From positions 199,259,864-199,323,863 of the forward strand of contig NC_090375.1 in the NCBI RefSeq assembly GCF_036365525.1: a DNA stretch of 64,000 nucleotides, written 5' to 3'. This stretch comes from Heterodontus francisci. Taxonomy: Eukaryota. How positions within the stretch are numbered: position 1 is the stretch's first letter; the number at the start of each line of letters is the position of its first letter. Position numbers and translations under genes: made by a program. The notes below the pieces were generated by a model that saw nothing but the letters and a program-made list of their open reading frames with translations, was not told the DNA's origin and made no database searches. This document shows positions 58,864 to 64,000 of this stretch, in pieces.

Positions 58864-61800
58864 ACGTTCGAAATCTGAGGATTTTGCAGAAAAAAAACAG
58901 TTTGAAAACAAAAAAAAAACAACAGTCTGGCAGGGAAAGATTCAGGTATTTCCTTTGGCAAAAGACCCAATTTAAACTAGCCAGTACACATGGCAATGCT
59001 TCGTTCAGCTCTTTTTTTAAAAAAGGAGGGGTGACAATGACATCACCTGTCAATCTGAGGGCTTTGGCCCCGCCCTCTTTAACGCAGCAGAGTATTAACC
59101 ATTTCTGTTAGCAGCTTAGGGAAGGACACACTTTTATAGATATTGCGCTTTTAAATTTTTTTAAGTTTTTGAGTTTGGCGATGAGCAGAATGGATCTTTT
59201 GTTTTATTTTCCAAGTTACAGGCAGCTGCAAGTGCAACGGAATTTCCAACAGCTTCAAGAATTTCAGGACATTTGTCACAGCATTGTGGCAATTGGGGGA
59301 CTGGGAACAAGAAATTAGAATTTAAAATTGCATTCATATGGGTTGGTATTTTAAACATTTACAGGAAACAACAGAAGGATGTACTCGCATGATTTCAGTG
59401 TTTTATGTACAAATAAAAATGTTAAAGTTTTATTTGAATTGAATTAAATAAATTGATCTTAGTATAAAGTGATCTGAAGGCGGAAGATCTAGTGTTGAAT
59501 CGAAAGGAATATCAAGCTAAGTAACGCAAATTAGAGAGGAAGAACAAAAAGAGGAAACATGTCAATAATACAGTCAGGGATATGGAGACCGCTAGACTAT
59601 GAAAGTGTGGGTATGGTTGGTGATATCGGGCTGGACAACAAGACATTTTGTTGGAAGCGATTTCCAGTTCAAGGGGTAGGCACCCATATGTACCAGGATA
59701 AAGATCAGGAACTACGCTGCTCAAGTAGCAGGATGAGCAGCGTCTCGGGCATTTGGGTGAGATTGCCCAGGAAGTCTCAGCCGTTAATCACACAGATACT
59801 ACTGTGAAGTGTCTCTAACATACCCCAGGCCCAAAAAATGGTTTAGCATTGATACCTATTGGGAAAATGTTAGGCCATGAGGTACACCATGAGGTGGCAC
59901 GGATGATATTGAATTTGACAGAAATAGGGTTGCCCAGGTGATCTGGGAGAAAGAAGCAGAATCTGTATGCCAAGTTATTGGATAATGAGTTGGTACACAG
60001 AGTAAGGACCAGTGGTGACGGATCTGGTCTCTGGAGACAGATATATTACCCATTCATAACAAAAGGGGGCAAGCTGAAGGAGGAGCAGTCAATGTCACAG
60101 CTCCCGTCTTTAATACTGGGAAGTCGCTGGTGTATAGTTTGGATCTGGCATCTCTGGAAGCAGAGATAAAGGATTTCAAGGGAGGGCTGAAGGATATTCT
60201 TATGAATGAGAATACCAAGCAGGACTCACAGCTGAGGAAAGATCAAAGTATGACAGTTTATTTAAACAATGTATCAGAGCTATTGGAAGACCAAACTAAA
60301 GCTATAAATAAACTCATCCAGGTGGATGGGAACACTTTTGATGAGGCTGCCTGCAATGGTGTGTGAATTATGTATGTTTACCGGTTGGTGGAACAGGCCA
60401 GGGAAAATCTGAGGCAAATTCACATGGGGAAGTGCCCCCTTGGATCACTAAGGATTATCTGGACACGTTGATGAAGGATAGAACAACATCCCTGTGTGCT
60501 ACCTCAGAGGATTGGTGCGGTATACCCAATACACACAGATTGTAAAAGGGGAGATCTCAAAATAATGGGTTTGGTGACGTACCTTCTGCTAATGCCACAC
60601 AGTGAAGCACCACTCCCAGTCTATAGGATTGAGAAAAATGGAGTCATCGAGGGGGATATTCATATTGATGGGAACTAGGTTAGAAGGGTGCACTGACAGA
60701 AGAGGCAACGTGGTTTGCACTTATCAGTTGGAAAAGCATGCCCAGTCAACATGTGGATTCAACCTTACTGAGCTAAACTGTACCATGGAGGTTGCAAGGA
60801 CGGATCTGAAGCCTACGCAGGCAGCCTCTGTCAGGGAAGGGAATACTGTGTGACAACTAAGGGAAAGTGGAACAAGTATGGAAGGAATTTATGGTGCCTG
60901 ATATCCCAACCTACCTACAGGCAATAGGGAGATAGTAAATATTTAGAGCCACAACAGTACTGAGCTTAATGTGAGGGATGATTTAAAGGGAACTTTGAGA
61001 CAATATGTGGAGAAATTCCGGCATGACACACCCCTGTTACTTAAGCATTTGACTAAGTTGCGGGGGGAGATTGATCAGTCACGAAAAGTTTATTAACAAA
61101 TCCGATGAATGAGCCACAAGATTTTGCAAGAGATTAATGACATTTCAGTAACATCTTGGTGGGATGAGATATGGAATTGGAGAGGTATTATTGAGATACA
61201 CTCCTGGATAAGAATTATCTCCTACATGCTCTCCTGCAATTGCTTCTTGTTGTTTATTTGCTGCATGAACTATGTTATTGGCACAAACATAGTACAGTGG
61301 AACAGCGGGTGAAAATGTTACTGGAGGGATGGAATAAGGTGATTGGATTAGTTTTGGAAGTGTAGTAATATTCACAGACGAGATTATACACTTAAAGGTG
61401 GATGCAGTAAGACAATTGAATATGTCTTGTATTTTGTTGTGTTGTGAGGCATTTGTTCTAATATTCTGTATTTCTGTTCATAAGTAAAATGTAACCAGTT
61501 GTGGTGTGGGCCAGCATGTGGAGTTCACCAGATGGTGAAGACGTGGAGGCAAAGGACATTGGGGCGAAGGGAGATGAATTCTGACTGAAGACATCATCAA
61601 TGGGTTTCATATTGGACTTCTAAAAAATAAAAGACAGTGTAATGGAACTAGAACCCTTCATATACACACAGACAGTCGAATCAGGACACGTTACTGCTGT
61701 GCTAGCCTGTGCTGTTAGAATATCAAATAGTCTGTCTCCAACCAGACTCGGGGACAATGGCCTTTTGAAATATGTGTGAATGGTTTCCTTCTTGCATTAT

Positions 61801-64000
61801 TAAGATGTAGACATATATGCACCTCAGAACTCCCCCTGCCGAGAGCAGGATATGACATGCATAGCCAGGGTGGGATCGATAAGGCATTGAAACTCACATG
61901 GATGACCCAATTCAAAACATTACCTTATATGTCAAGGGACCTGGGTCAGAAAGGGGCATAAAGCCACAACTCACAAGGATATTGTTGTTGCATTTGGGAA
62001 GTGTGACATGGTCAGTCACAGGAAGACATGCGGGAGACATCATTCATTGGACCTGACCACCCAAGAACGAGTTTCTGTATGTGCGCCTACTAAGCAACTG
62101 GTGTTGTAAGTATATACTATTGCTTGGTGAGTTAATAAAGGTGTTTCACATAAAGTGGAAATAGTATCCAAAGCTTGTTTCGTGTGCTTGATACTAAGGA
62201 TTTGGTCAGGATCTTAGAGGGAAGTGAGACCCCCCCCCCTTTTTAAGTCTTACAGCTTCTCACCAAGCCCTGATGTGAAACTAACTGGCCTGAGTGATTG
62301 CTAGGTCTGTCCTTACCCCCTTTCTCAAACAAGGATGTCACATTTGCCATGGTGCACTCCTCTGGTACCTCCACCTTATCGAGGGAAGATAGGAAGGTTT
62401 TGGCAAGCCCTTCCATTATCTCTACTCCCACTTTCTTTACCAACTTGGGATGCAAGCCATCCGGACCAGGTGATTTATCTACCCTAGCGTAGCCAACCAT
62501 TTTAGCACCTCTCCACTCTCAATGTTTACCCTACGCATTGCCTTTACTCTCTCTGCTTCTACTGGTATTTTGTCAGGTTCCTCTTCCTTCGCAAACACCA
62601 ATACAAAGTACACATTAAGTATTCTAGCCTTGCCCTTTGCCTCCAAGCACAATTACTGATATTAGCTTTTAACTCCAGATTTATTTAATGAACTGAATTT
62701 AAATTCTCCAGCTTCTGTGGTGGGATTTGAACTCGTATTTCCAGATCATTAGTCCAGAACTCTGCATTGCTATAACAAAACCAAAATACTGCAGATGGTG
62801 GAAATGTGAAATAAAAACAGAAAGTGCTGGAAATACTCAGCAGGTCTGGCAGCATCTGTGACGTGAGAAGCGGAGCTAAAGTTTCAGGTCAGTGACACTT
62901 CATTGGGCTTTGAGCAAGTGAAAGGGGGGAGGGGGAAGAAAATCAAAAGGCGTGTGATAGGGCAGGAGAGATTAACAACAGAGATGTCACAGAACAAAAG
63001 ACAAAGGGAGTCGTTATAGTTGTAGGAAAGACAAAATATTAGTCCAGAGAGATTGCGAATGGCAGAAAAATTAACAGTTCCATCCAAATGCAGAAACATG
63101 AACACACAAGTTTAAGACAGGCACATGGATAATAAATAAAATAAATAATTAAATATTTTTAATGGATTAAAATGGCAGTCATGATCTGATATTGCTGAAT
63201 TCAGCATTGAGTCCAGAAGGCTGTACAGTGAAAAATCGCAAGATTCCCATGATCGCTTCATGGGAACACTGCAGCAGGTCAAGGAGAGGAATGTAGGCAT
63301 GAGAACAGGGTGGTGAGTTAAAGTTGCAAGCGAACAGAAGCCCTGGGTCATGCTTGAGGACGAGCAGAGGTATTCTGCAAAGTGGTCACCCAATCTGGAC
63401 TTTGTTGAAATGACGTAGGGCATCAGAGGTGTCACAGATGTCGGTGGGAAGAGACTAGCAAAGGGGGGAAAATAGTGTCAAAATAGGATGAAACAAGTTC
63501 ATTGGGGCAGGAAGAGGCTGAAACGATGGGTCTTTCAGAACAGTCTTGTTTGTGGCTTTTGGGCAGGAGGTAAATGTGGGCTATTCAAGATGGAAGGGCA
63601 ATGAGGTGGGAAGCTGTAGAGGGAAGATCTCCAGAGGTGATGAGGTTGCCGACAGTCCTGGAGACAGTGGATTGATGTTTGGTGGTGGGATCATGGTCCA
63701 TGGGGAAGTAGGAAGAAGTGTCTGAGAATTGGCACTCTGCCTCTGCTAGGTAGGTGTCGGCACACTAGATAACAACGGAACCACCTTTGTAAGCGCGTTT
63801 GATGACAATATCAGGGTGAGACCTGAGAGAATGGAGTGCAGCAGGTTCAGAGGGAGACAGGTTAGAGTGAGTGAGGGGAGCAGAGTCATTAAGACAGCCG
63901 ATGTCACGCTGTCTCAATGAAAAGATAAAGAGCAGGTAACAGGCCAGAGGGAGGGATCCATGTGGACCCGGTCAGGCGCTCGCCAGAATCCTCGATTATG
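58864..64000 (+). repeat. Segmental duplicate of window positions 1-5131 plus 6863 onward
   Basis: ACGTTCGAAATCTGAGGA at 1 and 58864; same order of env, LTR, CR1 and Penelope; near-identical translated ORFs (e.g. 296..493 vs 59161..59358). Confidence 0.97.
63965..64000 (+). pseudogene. TRGV: Fragment of a second V-a copy (FR2 onward), fused to Penelope sequence; runs off the window
   Basis: GACCCGGTCAGGCGCTCGCCAGAATCCTC-ATTATG matches 6861-6896 with one mismatch. Confidence 0.9.

Larger units (their letters stand above)
48516..62254 (+). mobile_element. LTR element copy C (5' LTR ~48516-49390, PBS 49393-49412, env remnant ~59560-61390, 3' LTR 61406-62254), interrupted by CR1 insertions
   Basis: GTCTTACA-GC-TGGCGACCACGATCAGGTAC; the internal sequence resumes at 55718 and ~58248, colinear with copy B. 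Confidence 0.88.

Noticed and set aside
1-64000. J, D or C segments and germline-joined VJ genes
   Set aside because: I saw no FGxG segment preceded by a 12-RSS and no C1 exon; every complete V ends in an unrearranged RSS. The manual scan could miss degenerate copies.

Overview
Eukaryotic genomic DNA, very likely from a cartilaginous fish (shark). The repeats support this: HE1/V-SINE-like and Deu-domain SINEs, CR1 LINEs with an esterase ORF1, and Penelope-like elements. The window is part of a germline (unrearranged) T-cell receptor gamma variable (TRGV) array, with every segment on the + strand. Four V genes have an open frame, a leader exon, an intron and a 23-bp-spacer RSS (13.5, 18.3, 28.9 and 45.7 kb); the 28.9-kb gene carries a W41C change. 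There are also three V pseudogenes (6.7, 20.3, 33.3 kb), an orphan promoter plus leader (7.9 kb) and a deleted V copy at the window end. No D, J or C segment was found. The array was built by nested segmental duplications: an older ~21-27 kb offset and a younger ~58.9 kb offset. Each unit carries a copy of an unusual LTR element with a tRNA-Arg-like PBS, no visible pol, and a decayed env that looks like a paramyxovirus-F/lokiretrovirus-type fusion protein. Other highlights are a 123-bp identical CDR1-CDR2 tract between two otherwise diverged V paralogues, a position-locked promoter motif shared by different V families, and minimal hammerhead ribozyme motifs in Penelope termini. All comparisons were done by eye and no database searches were run. 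V labels (V-a to V-g) are mine.
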